DNA of 62,981 nucleotides, filler included, from Craspedostauros australis (taxonomy: Eukaryota), in the NCBI GenBank assembly GCA_030167865.1. It is 8 parts of 8 records of this genome, joined end to end, with 100 filler letters (N's around TTAATTAATTAA, not from the genome) between each part and the next. Parts side by side here need not be neighbours in the genome. Positions count along the whole stretch, not along the records: positions 22,889 to 52,831 come from JALAGF010006299.1; positions 52,932 to 54,710 come from JALAGF010006301.1; positions 54,811 to 58,697 come from JALAGF010006302.1; positions 58,798 to 60,501 come from JALAGF010006305.1; 4 more parts are not named here. One strand, given 5' to 3'. The notes under the pieces were generated by a model. The model saw only the letters and a program-made list of their open reading frames with translations. It did no database searches and was not told the DNA's origin. Shown here one piece after another: positions 48,573 to 60,601 of the stretch; the stretch's first letter is position 1; each line of letters opens with the position of its first letter. Made by a program: the position numbers and the translations under genes.

Positions 48573-49943
48573 CTACTTTTGCTGTTTGCGTTGTTGCAGT
48601 TGTGGGTTGCGGTGGCTGGGACGCTTCATGATCAATCTCTTGAATTTGGTGTAATGTTTTGCATCAATCAAATCGAGGGGTGCTTTGTTGAATTTGTTTT
48701 GGATGTCAGCATTGGCATTGGTTGATTCGATGAGGTACTTCACACACTCCAGGTGGCCTTTGCGGCATGCCACATGAAGGGGAGTGTCACCATCATCGTC
48801 TTCGCAGTTGATGTTTGCCTCACATGATTCAATGAGATACTTTGCACACTCCAGGTGGCCTTTGCGGCATGCCGCATGAAGGGGAGTGGCATCATGGTTG
48901 TTTTGGCAGTTGATGTTCACTCCACATGATTCGATGAGGTACTCGATACACTCCAGGTGGCCTTTGCGGCATGCATCATGAAGGGGAGTGTCACCATCCT
49001 TGTCTTTGCAGTTGGCGGCGGCCTCACATGATTCGATGATGTACATCACACAGTCCAGGTGGCCTTTGCGGCATGCCCAATGAAGGGGAGTGGAATCATA
49101 GTTGTTTTGGCAGTTGACGTCGGCCCCACATGATTCGATGAGGTACTTTGCACACTCCAGGTGGCCTTTGCAGCATGCATCATGAAGGGGGGTGTCACCA
49201 CCGTTGTCTTTGCAGTTGATGTTCGCCCCACATGATTCGATGAGGTACTTGACCCACTTCAGGTGGCCTTTGCAGCATACACCATGAAGGGGAGTCCAAC
49301 CACGGTTGTCTTGGCAGTCGATGTTCACCTCACATGGTTTGATGAGGTACTTGATGCACTCCAGGTGGTCGTAGTGGCATGCCACATGAAGCGGAGTCCA
49401 ATCATGGTTGTTTTTGCAGTTGATGTTTGCCCCACGTGATTCAATGAGGTACTCCACACACTCCAGGAAGCCACCCCCGCATGCCCAATGCAGGGGAGTG
49501 GACCCGTGCTTGTCTTTGCAGTTGGCGTCGACCCCACATGATTTAAAGAGGTATTTCACACATTCTAGGTGGCCACACAAGCATGCCCAATGAAGGGGAG
49601 TGGAACCATCGTTGATTTTGCAGTTGATGTTCGCCCCACATGATTCGATGAAGTACTTCACACACTCCAGGTGGCCGTGCATGCATGCCACATGAAGGGG
49701 AGTGTCACCATCGTCGTCCCTGCGGTTGATGTTCGCCCCACATGATTCGATGAGGTACTTCACACACTCCAGGTGACGGTTGTGGCATGCCCAATGAAGG
49801 AAAGTGCAACCAATCCTGTATGTACCCTTGTTGACATCAACTCCTTTCTTCTGCATCTTGTTCTGCTCCTTCCATTCCTTCCACATCGACAAGTAACTTT
49901 CCTTGGCAGCATCACGGAGTGGATTCTTTGTAACTTTCGACAT
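48573..49943 (-). CDS. Ankyrin repeat protein, 11 tandem 34-aa repeats
   Basis: G.TPLH.AC..GHLECVKYLIESCGANINC.. repeated 11 times (102-bp unit, 48690-49811). Intronless. Confidence 0.9.
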   Translation of the reverse strand: MSKVTKNPLRDAAKESYLSMWKEWKEQNKMQKKGVDVNKGTYRIGCTFLHWACHNRHLECVKYLIESCGANINRRDDDGDTPLHVACMHGHLECVKYFIESCGANINCKINDGSTPLHWACLCGHLECVKYLFKSCGVDANCKDKHGSTPLHWACGGGFLECVEYLIESRGANINCKNNHDWTPLHVACHYDHLECIKYLIKPCEVNIDCQDNRGWTPLHGVCCKGHLKWVKYLIESCGANINCKDNGGDTPLHDACCKGHLECAKYLIESCGADVNCQNNYDSTPLHWACRKGHLDCVMYIIESCEAAANCKDKDGDTPLHDACRKGHLECIEYLIESCGVNINCQNNHDATPLHAACRKGHLECAKYLIESCEANINCEDDDGDTPLHVACRKGHLECVKYLIESTNANADIQNKFNKAPLDLIDAKHYTKFKRLIMKRPSHRNPQLQQRKQQK

Positions 49944-50693
49944 TCTGAGAGTATGGTCGATGGTTGCTGGACAATTGACGTTGAACGATTGGCGTTGGAC
50001 TGGCTGTTGAGCAAGTGTGCAGTTCGAGCTACCTATGACAGAGATATCGATGGTGGCGTCTTCAATAGCTTGTATTAGTATGAGTACTATACAACTACAC
50101 TATGTGATGAATAGTAGTATGAGTGGCAATTCGATGTCAGTTGTTGATGTGCTCGAGTGTGTGGTTGAGTGGAGCACGTCGTTGTCTTGTTCGCATGGTC
50201 TTATCTTTCTCTCTTTGTGCACCCGCATCTTTGTGTTTGCCTTGTTTGCCTCCTTGTCTTGATCGCACCCCTCAGGGAGTTGAGGGAAATATGCATCAAT
50301 GACATATCTCCACCCGTGATTTGGCATCTCGGAACTGGATCGAACAACCTCGAATGTTTTGCGTCACAACACAAATCAACCGTACCCATTTCACAATAAA
50401 CTTACTGTTGTCCAGAACTACTACTACTAATACTACTCTATTGTTATGGTTTGTGTTGATGTTGGTGCTAGATGTGGTGGTACACCATTTGCACTAGGAT
50501 CTGGCATCATTGGGATGGATGGACATGTCATCCTTGGCAATGTCCTTCTCCCTGTGCACCGCAGCACATCGGGCACATCGCACCTTTGTCTTGCCAATGG
50601 GCGTTGCCTTCACCTTTTTGGTGTTTCGGATGCCAAGAGTAAATGCATACATGACATAGAAAGATTGGCATGTCATCATCATCAGAATCATCC

Positions 50694-51803
50694 TCAAAAG
50701 ATCTTCCCAACATGGTCAGGGTCAGCTTGGAAATGAAGAAGCGTGATCGGATCGTCGTCCTTGCCAGCTTTGGTGTATCCATTTTCGGGATTCACAAAAT
50801 CCAGGTCGACCTTGCCTGGGAATGTGTCAGTCAGACTGACTGCATGCTTCTCTGTGTCATGCTCAGCCTTGAAGTGGTCCAAGAAGATATAAAAGTAGCT
50901 TTGAATCCGGGGGTCCAGATTCCCAACTGGCAGATGCTCTTCCATCACAATGTACTTCATGTTGTAGTTGCGCACATTCTTTGCAAAACTGACGCTGATG
51001 GTGCTCTCATCAACAATCTTGAATTCAACAGAATCCATTGTCACAACAAAAGGAACCTCAAAGTACACAATGTAGCCAGTTCGCATGCTTGCGTGGCTTG
51101 CAGAAGAGTTGGGATCTGGTACCTGAATTGGGATGAAGTGCAATCCAGGGATCTCAGTTGAGACCTTCCCACTGCAGCCCTGAACCTTCTGGGACACAGC
51201 AAGATCTGCGTTGCTGTTCTCAACAGGCTTCTTGATGGTGGCCTTTTGTGAAGATATCTTGCTGTCCTGTGTGTTTGTGCTGGGCTTGGATTGGACAGGG
51301 AGGTCATGGAAGAGGACACAAGGAGGTGGTGCCGATGTGCCAACAACCTTGACTTTGTTGCTTGATTCGACGGTCTCGAAGGTGTACTCGTCTTCGTCAC
51401 CGCTATCGATGGATTCGTTGGAAGCGCGTGGCAGACGGGCGACCGGACTGGCGTCTTGAGTGATGGGAGGGATGTTGTTGTTGCTTTTGATGGTGTCGTA
51501 CGACTCTGTTGTGATCACCAATTGATCGTCGTCGTTGCCAAGTTCAAAGTCTTTGTCTTCACTGCTTTCGTTGGTGTTAGCAGATGGTGCGCTGTTCTTC
51601 TGTTGACTTTTGGCCTTGTTGATGTTGTTTGCTTCGTTTCCACATGGAGGACTGCTGTTGCTTCCTGGCTGGAGAGAGAGCTGATTGAGTCTTGGAACGT
51701 CTTGATGCATTCGGGCGTACCAGGCAATCCCAAACATCCTCAAAATTCCTTCTTGAAGGCTGAGAAAGAGAAGCACAAGGAGGGATGTGAGTGGCTGCCA
51801 CAA
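50694..51803 (-). CDS. Hypothetical protein (low-complexity N-half, beta-rich C-half), probably transposon-associated
   Basis: 369-aa ORF with an acidic/Ser linker followed by GYIVYFEVPFVVTMDSVEFKIVDESTISVSF. No confident family. Confidence 0.4.
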   Translation of the reverse strand: MWQPLTSLLVLLFLSLQEGILRMFGIAWYARMHQDVPRLNQLSLQPGSNSSPPCGNEANNINKAKSQQKNSAPSANTNESSEDKDFELGNDDDQLVITTESYDTIKSNNNIPPITQDASPVARLPRASNESIDSGDEDEYTFETVESSNKVKVVGTSAPPPCVLFHDLPVQSKPSTNTQDSKISSQKATIKKPVENSNADLAVSQKVQGCSGKVSTEIPGLHFIPIQVPDPNSSASHASMRTGYIVYFEVPFVVTMDSVEFKIVDESTISVSFAKNVRNYNMKYIVMEEHLPVGNLDPRIQSYFYIFLDHFKAEHDTEKHAVSLTDTFPGKVDLDFVNPENGYTKAGKDDDPITLLHFQADPDHVGKIF

Positions 51804-51859
51804 AATTCACATCACTAGGCAAGAAATCACACCATCATGCCAACAATGCCATCTTCATC

Positions 51860-52156
51860 TCATTGTTGTTGGCACTTACGTTCTTGTTGAGACTGATGCT
51901 TTTGGGAGCGATCAACACAGCTTTTGAAGTTGTTGGCAAGGTTGCGGCGGAGGTAGTTCTTGCCCTTCGAATCCACCCAGGCAGTGTGCATCTTGATGAA
52001 CTGGCTGAAGGTCTGCGGGATGGAGTTGTCAATGAAGCCTTTGATGATGTACACAGCGTTGTCAGAATCTTGGTACCATTTGTGGAAACCGGATTTGTTA
52101 AAGATGGGATATGTTTTATGCCGAGTTGGCTTCTTTTTGTTGTGTTGTGAGACCAT
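51860..52156 (-). CDS. Small hypothetical protein, possible DNA-transposon accessory ORF
   Basis: 98 aa with WYQDSDNAVYII..F......RRNLANNFKSCVDR and a basic N-terminus. Confidence 0.3.
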   Translation of the reverse strand: MVSQHNKKKPTRHKTYPIFNKSGFHKWYQDSDNAVYIIKGFIDNSIPQTFSQFIKMHTAWVDSKGKNYLRRNLANNFKSCVDRSQKHQSQQERKCQQQ

Positions 52157-52931
52157 CCCTCACACCACAAACCAAGCATGAGAAAGCAGCGTATGAACGG
52201 GAAGAATCGCAACAAGTCAAGCAACTTGCATAATTTGCTGCAACATCATCGCAAATCTGCCGTTGTCATGGCACTTCAGAAGCAAACATTCCCACCAAGT
52301 TGAGCAAACCCAGGTGAGAACTGAGCAGGCATTGATTCACTAACATCAGAAGTGTAGCACTTTTCAGGGTGCAGGGCTCGGTTGGCAGGAAGCATTATTG
52401 CGAGGGAATTTCCAGCATCGCAGGGGAATTTGTCTAGGACCCCGTTCAGGGTTCTCATGTAGTCATTTGCGGATTTTTGAGATTAACACTTAGATCATCC
52501 TATTATGTTGTAGAGAGTATATGTGTGAAGTAACAAGCTCCTGGGCGCCGTAGTTAAAAAGTTTATATTTTTCGCACTAGTCTACGTCTAAAAACGCCAA
52601 GCATGCAGACGTCGAGGGACAAATGCGNTTCCGAATCGCCAGTCGTGCTTCGGCTTGCTGTCCAGTAGTGTCTATTATCGACGCTCCCACATTTCGCGTG
52701 GGTGAGGTGGTCCGTTTCGATGAATTGTTGAGGATTGCGTGGTAGCAGTAGGCATGATGAGGCTGCTACTTCGTCTGGACCGTGGATCAGTGGTCGAAAT
52801 CTAGAGTTTTGGGTTGGTGGGTAATCCAGATNNNNNNNNNNNNNNNNNNNNNNNNNNNNNNNNNNNNNNNNNNNNTTAATTAATTAANNNNNNNNNNNNN
52901 NNNNNNNNNNNNNNNNNNNNNNNNNNNNNNN

Positions 52932-54710
52932 TCTTTCTACGCGACCGTTCTGTTGGGGAGTGGAAGCGGCAGTGTATTCGAACGTTGGACCGAACCCTGC
53001 GTCGAGAAGCTGTTTTTCCGCGGCATAATTCTCTCCCGCGTTGTCACATCTGATATTTTTCACATGTGCCTGTTGGTTAGAGTGAAGCCATCGGAGGAGC
53101 GTGATCAGCTTTTCTCCGACTTCACTTTTCTCTTTCAAAAAGTAACTCCAGCAGTAATCACTGTAATCNNNNNNNNNNNNNNNNNNNNNNNNNNNNNNNN
53201 NNNNNNNNNNNNNNNNNNNNNNNNNNNNNNNNNNNNNNNNNNNNNNNNNNNNNNNNNNNNNNNNNNNNNNNNNNNNNNNNNNNNNNNNNNNNNNNNNNNN
53301 NNNNNNNNNNNNNNNNNNNNNNNNNNNNNNNNNNNNNNNNNNNNNNNNNNNNNNNNNNNNNNNNNNNNNNNNNNAGATCGTGTAAGTGTCAACATGGCCT
53401 AACATTTTATGAATTTGGTTGATGTCCACCGCGGACCTGGTGGACACGCCGACATTGGCTTGGTCTTCGTGGGGAGGAGCGCTGATCATGTTCACTCCAC
53501 TCACGAAACCGCTATGGGTTGCCATGAGTCTGTCGAACGTGATGCGTTGCCCGCGCTTCTCCNNNNNNNNNNNNNNNNNNNNNNNNNNNNNNNNNNNNNN
53601 NNNNNNNNNNNNTGTGCGAGAGATCGTGTAAGTGTCAACATGGCCTAACATTTTATGAATTTGGTTGATGTCCACCGCGGACCTGGTGGACATGCCAACA
53701 TTGGCTTGGTCTTCATGGGGAGGGGCGCTGATCATGTTCACTCCACTCACGAAACCGCTATGGGTTGCCATGAGTCTGTCGAACGTGATTCATTGCCCGC
53801 GCTTCTCCAAGCTCATCACAACACCTTGGCTGCTGATGTCGAAGCCGTTCTCGAGAGCTTTGTTGATGCTCAAGAGGTTCACCCACAGGTTGGGCACGAA
53901 CTTCACTTGCTTGAGCACNNNNNNNNNNNNNNNNNNNNNNNNNNNNNNNNNNNNNNNNNNNNNNNNNNNNNNNNNNGTTGCCTTGAGGTATCGGCCGCTG
54001 CCGATCTTGATGGAGTGGTTGGCCACTCGCACGTTAATCATTCCCTCTTCGCTATTGGTGAGGTGGCATGAGGCACCGGAATCACCCAGCCAAGTGTTTG
54101 CTTCGTGGTGGTCGGGGGCGATGGTGTGGCGGAGTGCGCTTGCATCGTCGAGGTCACCGATCACCATGGCCATGTCTGGTTGATTGTCTTGGTGGTCACC
54201 GATCATCATGGCCATGTCTGGTTGAGCATCGGCCGCTCGGTAGACGGGGAGCTGATTGAACTCCTCTGGGTCTCGGACTCCTTGGTCACTTGGATGATGC
54301 ATCCACATCAGCATCTCTGCGGCATGCTGAACCAGGCTGTCGATGAGCCCTCTGTGGATGGGTGGCAAGTTGAGCTCCTCAAGTCTTGCGTTGATGTGTT
54401 GCACGGCTTGCACCAGTTGCATTGGCGTGAACACGTCGATGCGGTGCATCATGTAGTAGAGCGTGCGAGGGTTCAGGCTTTCTCCTCCTCCTTCAGTGTA
54501 CGCGTGCGCCGCGTCGCAGCACAGTAGGGCGAGCTCAGAGCGCACTTCGTCAGCAACCATCATGTTGCTGAGAGAGTATCTCATTGCGACATGCAAAGGT
54601 CCTGCAGTCCAGAGCTTCTGGCGGCACGTCATGATGTCTTGGATCGTTGTTGGCGCCGCCCTTGCAGGGGGGTTTGCCAGTTGGATGAGGAACGGCGAGT
54701 TACGGCAGGT
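52932..54710 (-). mobile_element. Ty1/Copia pol fragment: protease, GAG-pre-integrase, integrase core
   Basis: TWLGDSGASCHLT, VKFVPNLWVNLLS, HKMLGH, DYSDYCWSYFLKEKSE, IRCDNAGEN, TAASTPQQNGRVER. Confidence 0.93.
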
Positions 54711-54810
54711 NNNNNNNNNNNNNNNNNNNNNNNNNNNNNNNNNNNNNNNNNNNNTTAATTAATTAANNNNNNNNNNNNNNNNNNNNNNNNNNNNNNNNNN
54801 NNNNNNNNNN

Positions 54811-55694
54811 TCGAGGATGAGGGGATTAGGGCCCATATCCTTGCATGCGCTATCACCGGTGCATGCCGTGATCGCAACAGTCATGAATGGAGGAGAGTTG
54901 GAGGCGGAACCGGTGACCGAAGTGCACCCAGACGATCCTTGGCAGCATGGGTCTGCGACGGCAGGCGATTGCATCGCAGCGATGGCCGCGCATGCTTCGT
55001 TCATGGCATCCGGACGTTCAGTGACGAGGGTCGCGCTAGTGGAGGCGATCATCGTGAGTTGCTCAGCGAGCACAGTGTCTGTTGCGTACTTGTTGAAGAG
55101 CTTGCGCGCGGCTCCTTCGCTGAGGTCTCCAGCACAAGCGAAGAAGTTCTGCAGCTCTGCGGATTCCTTCACGGCAGTCACGGCCTCGCGGCACGATGGC
55201 TTGGTGGCATCGCAGATGATGGTCTTGGCGCTGGCTTCGGCAAGGGTGAGGGCGAGGGCGGTGGCACCGTCTGGGTTGCAAGCGACTTCGATGGCGGCAT
55301 CGAAGGGAGCTGGGTCAGATGGTGCTTGAGTGGTAGGCGGCATTGAGGGCATCTCAGCTGGAGGGCCCGTCGGCGGGCCGGTCGGTTCATGCGTCGGCGA
55401 GGCAGTCGGAGGGCCCGTGGGTCCAGCAGTCGGCGATCCAGTCGGCAACGCGGTTGGCGCAGAGGTCTCGGGAGTACTCGGGTTGTCTGTGGCAGGCTCT
55501 CGCTCGGCCTTGTTTTGTTTTGCCGCCTTCGCGTTGCCATCAACGCCGACCTTGAGGGCGCGGATCTTGTTCATCGCCGTGCGGAGTTCCTTGCTTGGAT
55601 CCACAGGAGTCCTGTTGCCGCGGAGCACGGCGTGGACCGTTGCCGTGTTGGCGAGAGCGAGAAAGGTAACGAAGGCTGCCTTGGCATGGATCAT
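54811..55694 (-). CDS. Secreted PT-repeat, Cys-rich cell-surface/wall protein, 3' truncated
   Basis: Signal peptide MIHAKAAFVTFLALANTATVHA, LRG and RAL propeptide-like motifs, (PT..)n stalk, Cys-rich domain. Confidence 0.75.
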
Positions 55695-56227
55695 GGTTGC
55701 TCGATACTTGGTGGTTGGTGATTGATCATTCAGGGTTGATCGTTGTTTGTTTGGTGTTATCGGTTGATAACTTGGATGAATTTATGAGATGAAGAGTTTG
55801 ATTTGTTGGTTGTTCGGACCATTTTGCTTGCATGTTCGACGTGTGCGTGAGGCAACATGGCGCGAGAATGGCATGATACCCAGGAGGCCAAAGCTCCTCC
55901 GCGGCTGGAACCTTCGCAAACTGGGACCTCCACAACTGGTGACATCACCATTGGATAGAAAGACTCCGTGGATCGATGCTGATGCCCAGCATTTATGGTG
56001 CAGGATGACCTTCCCTGATGTACATCATCCATTGGGCCTGAACTATAATTCGTTCGAGCAAAGCGCATGCGAGTATGGTGGGACAAGCAGACACGGAACA
56101 TGCCACCCTTGCTCATCTCCACATGACATCGTCTGTCGTTCTTCTTTATCTGCAATTCTCGTCTGTGCCAGGAGAGGACTTTGTCGTGGTCTGATTTCCA
56201 CAACGATGCGCTTCGTGTGGTTTGGCA

Positions 56228-56290
56228 CACAACTCGCAACACACAACACACAACACACAACACACAACACACAACACACAACCACCACAA
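56228..56290 (+). repeat. (ACACACA/CAACACA)n microsatellite
   Basis: acaacacacaacacacaacacac array. Confidence 0.85.
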
Positions 56291-57210
56291 CTCATTCGGG
56301 AACAGAACACTCTCGGAGTAGAGCGCTGGAAAATGCACGGGAATCTTGATCACGTCAACGGAAGAACACAAACGATGAATCGGTACCTGGGCTTGTGGTT
56401 GGAACACAATCAGGTCATTGAAACTGGTAGGGAACGAGAGCTGAATGCGCTTTGCAGGATCAACCATCTTTTCGAATTTTGATTGGGCGTGCGTGAGTAC
56501 GAGAGTGGTCTAGTCCTGAAATTTGTACGCCGGAGTAGAGTATCACTTCTTCCTTGCGACTTGTCATGCTATGATAGGTGAATTGGCCTGCGCCTATGTG
56601 AGCGTCACCCTGGCATCAACACTCCAAGACTGATGCGTTTTACTGTGCAGCTACGCCACGCAACAATCGCGAACGTGGTGCCCTGTGTCTGGGGCTGCAG
56701 GTCTGGGGTTCTTGTTCTTCAGATGAGGAGAAATCTCACTGGGAATCTCCTGAGTGAGACTTTGGGCCCCTCATGTGACAAATTTGTCATTCAACAATGA
56801 CTTGACACAGTTGTAGGGATGTGACGATTCTCTTCTTTTCGAAGTTTCGAACAACACTTCGAAAAGGTACCATGCCTTCGTGGTATCGACCGTAGTTGCA
56901 ACATCAAGCATAGTATCTCATGAAGAACCAATCGTTGTTGTGCGTCGGTTCGTGGCGTGTATCCGCACACCGTGAAGTGTTCAGTATCGTGGACTGCTCA
57001 GCATCGCGGAGCGTGGTGCCGTCTTCGGTGGAGTTCTCTCAGAGTCTCCGTGTTGATGAGCGTGGACGAAGGGTGTCAGGAATCGGGTGTTGTAAAACAC
57101 CAAATTGCCGCACCTCCCACAAGGGTGGAGTTGAGCATTGTAAAATGGTATATTACCGCAGATCCCACCTTTGGATCTTTGTGACAGGAAATGTGAGCTA
57201 CACGCTCCTT

Positions 57211-58027
57211 TGTTGGCAAGTTCCGTGATTGGAAGCCTACGATCGTGGAAGATGGTATTGGTTGATAGTTGTTCTGTTTGATTTTTCATTACGTTGGCAC
57301 TCCGATCCTCTCGGTGTCCGTTCGTTCTCTTGCCCGATGCTCTCGGTGCTTCAATCTGTTTCGTAGATTCAGTCTCCGACTATGAGTCGGTACGCGAGAT
57401 GCTCTCTCGCTGCTCTTCGTATTCTCTCTCTCTCTGTCTCTCTCAATATCGCGTGTTCATGTTACACGATACTCCGTGTTCGATGCGTACTCCGCATTCA
57501 ACACTTCGTTCATTCACTATTGGCTCGCCACTCCATGAGTGCTTGCCACTTGAATTCCCTTTTGTATATCCATGATCTCGATGTCCTTCGGTCATCAGAT
57601 CTTCACCTTCTGCTTCTGACATGGAGACAGATGTCGACATGGTGAAATGATGACATTCTGTCGACGTCAGTAGGCGTCCTTCTGCTCTCCAGATGTCACG
57701 TTCCATCGATGATGCAATGGTCTGTCAGATGATATCGTCATCTGAGGTTTAGTTGGGAGGTACATCGAGCTTCGCTCGATACCATACGTTTCCATTGATG
57801 AATGGACGGACAATGTTCCTGATTCTCTCAGAAATCGTTGACTGCAAATGTCCTCCAGAAATTCTGCTCATTTTTGTGTGTTCCATTTCCACTGTAAATC
57901 TGACAAATCACAGCATACTATCGATACGAGTATAGTTATACCGTCCAAGTGTGTATGAGAGAATAACGGGTGAGCGATGCACATATACACGTACGTCTTG
58001 ACATATACATGCATGTACATCTTGACA
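57211..58027 (-). mobile_element. Solo-LTR-like repeat, copy D (gap-free, 817 bp)
   Basis: TGTTGGCAAG...CTTGACA. Reverse complement of copies A and B over its full length. Confidence 0.85.
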
Positions 58028-58198
58028 TGACACGGCCATGTACTCGGATTCACCGCGCCCACATGTGAATGGAGTCGAGACGAACAGCATCGACGTACAG
58101 GTGTGCATTGCAACGATTTGAAATCTTCTGCTTCAGTTCAAATATCAAAGCCGTAGCAGCCTCAGCTGAGCAATGCAGGTGAACAAGCATTATATGAC

Positions 58199-58240
58199 AC
58201 CATACCATACCATACCATACCATACCATACCATACCATAC
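58199..58240 (+). repeat. (CATAC)n perfect pentamer microsatellite
   Basis: Eight perfect CATAC units. Confidence 0.9.
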
Positions 58241-58797
58241 TAGAACACGAACACAAGTGATAGAACACAGATGAAAATAGGTACTAACCTCAAAATTGGG
58301 AGTGATCAGGTCCGTCAAATGAATAGAGTGAAGATGTTGGTAGTTGTCAGTGTGCTCTGAGTGGTTAATTGATGTTAGATGGTATGTAAGCTGGCCCAAT
58401 TCAGAACTGTTGGAGTCTGAATTGTGAGCAGATGAAGATAAAATGATGAAACATGATGCTGAGGCAACATGTGTTGCAACACACAGCAGAGCATGAAGTG
58501 CAGTGCATGAATTGCGGTGCATGAAGTGCAGAGCATGAAGACGTTGTCAAGTTTGCAAGACTGAGGAGGTTCATGGTGCCTCCAATATTGATCTTGCTTC
58601 TTGGAACAACAAAGATGCATGCAACAAATCCAATCATTGCAGAAATGCGATCTTGCCAAATTTGATGAGATTGATGAGCTTGTATCTGAGTCCAGATNNN
58701 NNNNNNNNNNNNNNNNNNNNNNNNNNNNNNNNNNNNNNNNNTTAATTAATTAANNNNNNNNNNNNNNNNNNNNNNNNNNNNNNNNNNNNNNNNNNNN

Positions 58798-60501
58798 CAT
58801 ACGCTCGTGCACAGAAGACGAGAGACGTGATGTTGGGCAAGACCAAGGTGCCAACAGTGAGTGAGATCGCGGCAGCCACCGCTGAAGCCAAGGAAGCGAT
58901 GGAAGAGATCTACGAGCTGGGATGCGACTGCTTCAGCGATCTGATCCTCATGATGGATGCAGAGAAAGGAAAAGGTAAGCAGGCCATCCAGTACATCAAC
59001 CAATGCATCTCCGACGACGACCCCGAAGGAGACGCACACGGAGCGTGGAACGTTCTCGCGGAGAAGTTCCGACCATCCGACGCGGTGACGAAGATCAAAC
59101 TCAANCGNCAATTCAACAACGAAAAGATGAAGAGAGACACGGACCCCNACATCTACATCACGCAACTCGAGAGTCTACGATCGCGTCTCCACGATGTCAA
59201 GTATGAGATCACGGACGAGGAAATGATCATGCAAATCCTCAGCACGGTGAGCAACGAATACATAACTCACATCGTGAACTTCCAACACCAACTCACGTTC
59301 AATCCGGAGCTGGTTACCATCAACACGATCAGAGGGGTACTCCGCACTGCATACGCCACGCACAGAGGAGGCAAAGCATACGTCGACGACTTCCAAGACA
59401 GCAACACGAAGAGCAACGACACNNNNTTCACAAGCACCGGTAACTTCAAGGGTACTTGTCACAACTGTGGCGTGTATGGCCATAGATCCGCCGATTGCCC
59501 AGAACGCAAGAAATCAAACAACAAGAAAAACAACAACAACAACAAGATGAACGGAAAGCGCAACAAGGGAAGCGGCTTCAAGGGGAAGTGCAACTACTGC
59601 GGCATCTTCGGACACCGCGAGGCGGAGTGCCGAAAGAAGAAGTTCAACGAGAAGAAGAAGGCCGACGAACAGGCCAACACAGCAACACAAGGACACGACA
59701 AGAGCGGACACGAGATGGTACTCTCTGCGAAAGACATGCCGCTCTGCATGTTGGTGTCCAACGACTACATCGAAGACTCCTTCTTCGATAACTTCGAGTA
59801 CGTCGGGAGTGACGACGAAGTGCAGGACGATGAGATCGTCCTGGAGTGGCTCAGTGAGGAGCCAATCATCCACGAGGTGGATCCAAGACGCGAAGTGAGC
59901 TACAAATGCTGCTTCAACGCGCATGACCTGATCGGTTCATACGGCGACGAAGCTGAGATGGACGACGAGGCCAACGATAGCGACATCGNNNNNNNNNNNN
60001 NNNNNNNNNNNNNNNNNNNNNNNNNNNNNNNNNNNNNNGATCGGTTCATACGGCGACGAAGCTGAGATGGACGACGAGGCCAACGATAGCGACATCGAAG
60101 AGGCCATGAGCGATGACGATGACGACGCCAACGAGGACGGCGCAGATGAAGACGATGAGGCGGACCGCGGCGCGGCGCCGCCTCCTCCAGCGGCGGGGAT
60201 CAACAGATCGGGCATCTTCGACGAGGATGACAGCGACGAATCCGAGGACGGCAATCATCCAGACGACAGCTTCAATCCAAACGAGCGNGTCGTCTACCCA
60301 GGGAANATCGACTTCCCACCAATCGAGGATCCCAACAGGTCCAACTACCTCCATCGTCATGACACCGTCCCGTATGCAACAGAGACAGCATTGGTGATCC
60401 AGAAGCAACTCATCTTTGATGCAGTGATGGAAGCAGGAGTGAGCCTGTTCCCAGGAGTCGCACAAGGAGTGCTGAGACCAATATGGGTGAACATGATGGG
60501 A
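58798..60501 (+). mobile_element. Ty1/Copia gag (UBN2-type capsid + two CCHC knuckles + acidic insert)
   Basis: GDAHGAWNVLAEKF, DP..YITQLESLR, ITDEEMIMQIL, CHNCGVYGHRSADC, CNYCGIFGHREAEC. No stops seen. Same family as 1-1734. Confidence 0.93.
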
Positions 60502-60601
60502 NNNNNNNNNNNNNNNNNNNNNNNNNNNNNNNNNNNNNNNNNNNNTTAATTAATTAANNNNNNNNNNNNNNNNNNNNNNNNNNNNNNNNNNNNNNNNNNN
60601 N

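Noticed and set aside
48690..49811. CRISPR-like regular repeat array
   Set aside because: The 102-bp period is in-frame ankyrin coding sequence, with no spacers or cas genes.
58250..58697. Possible LINE relic on the minus strand (IW..IQ....IWQDR)
   Set aside because: Too short and degenerate to support.
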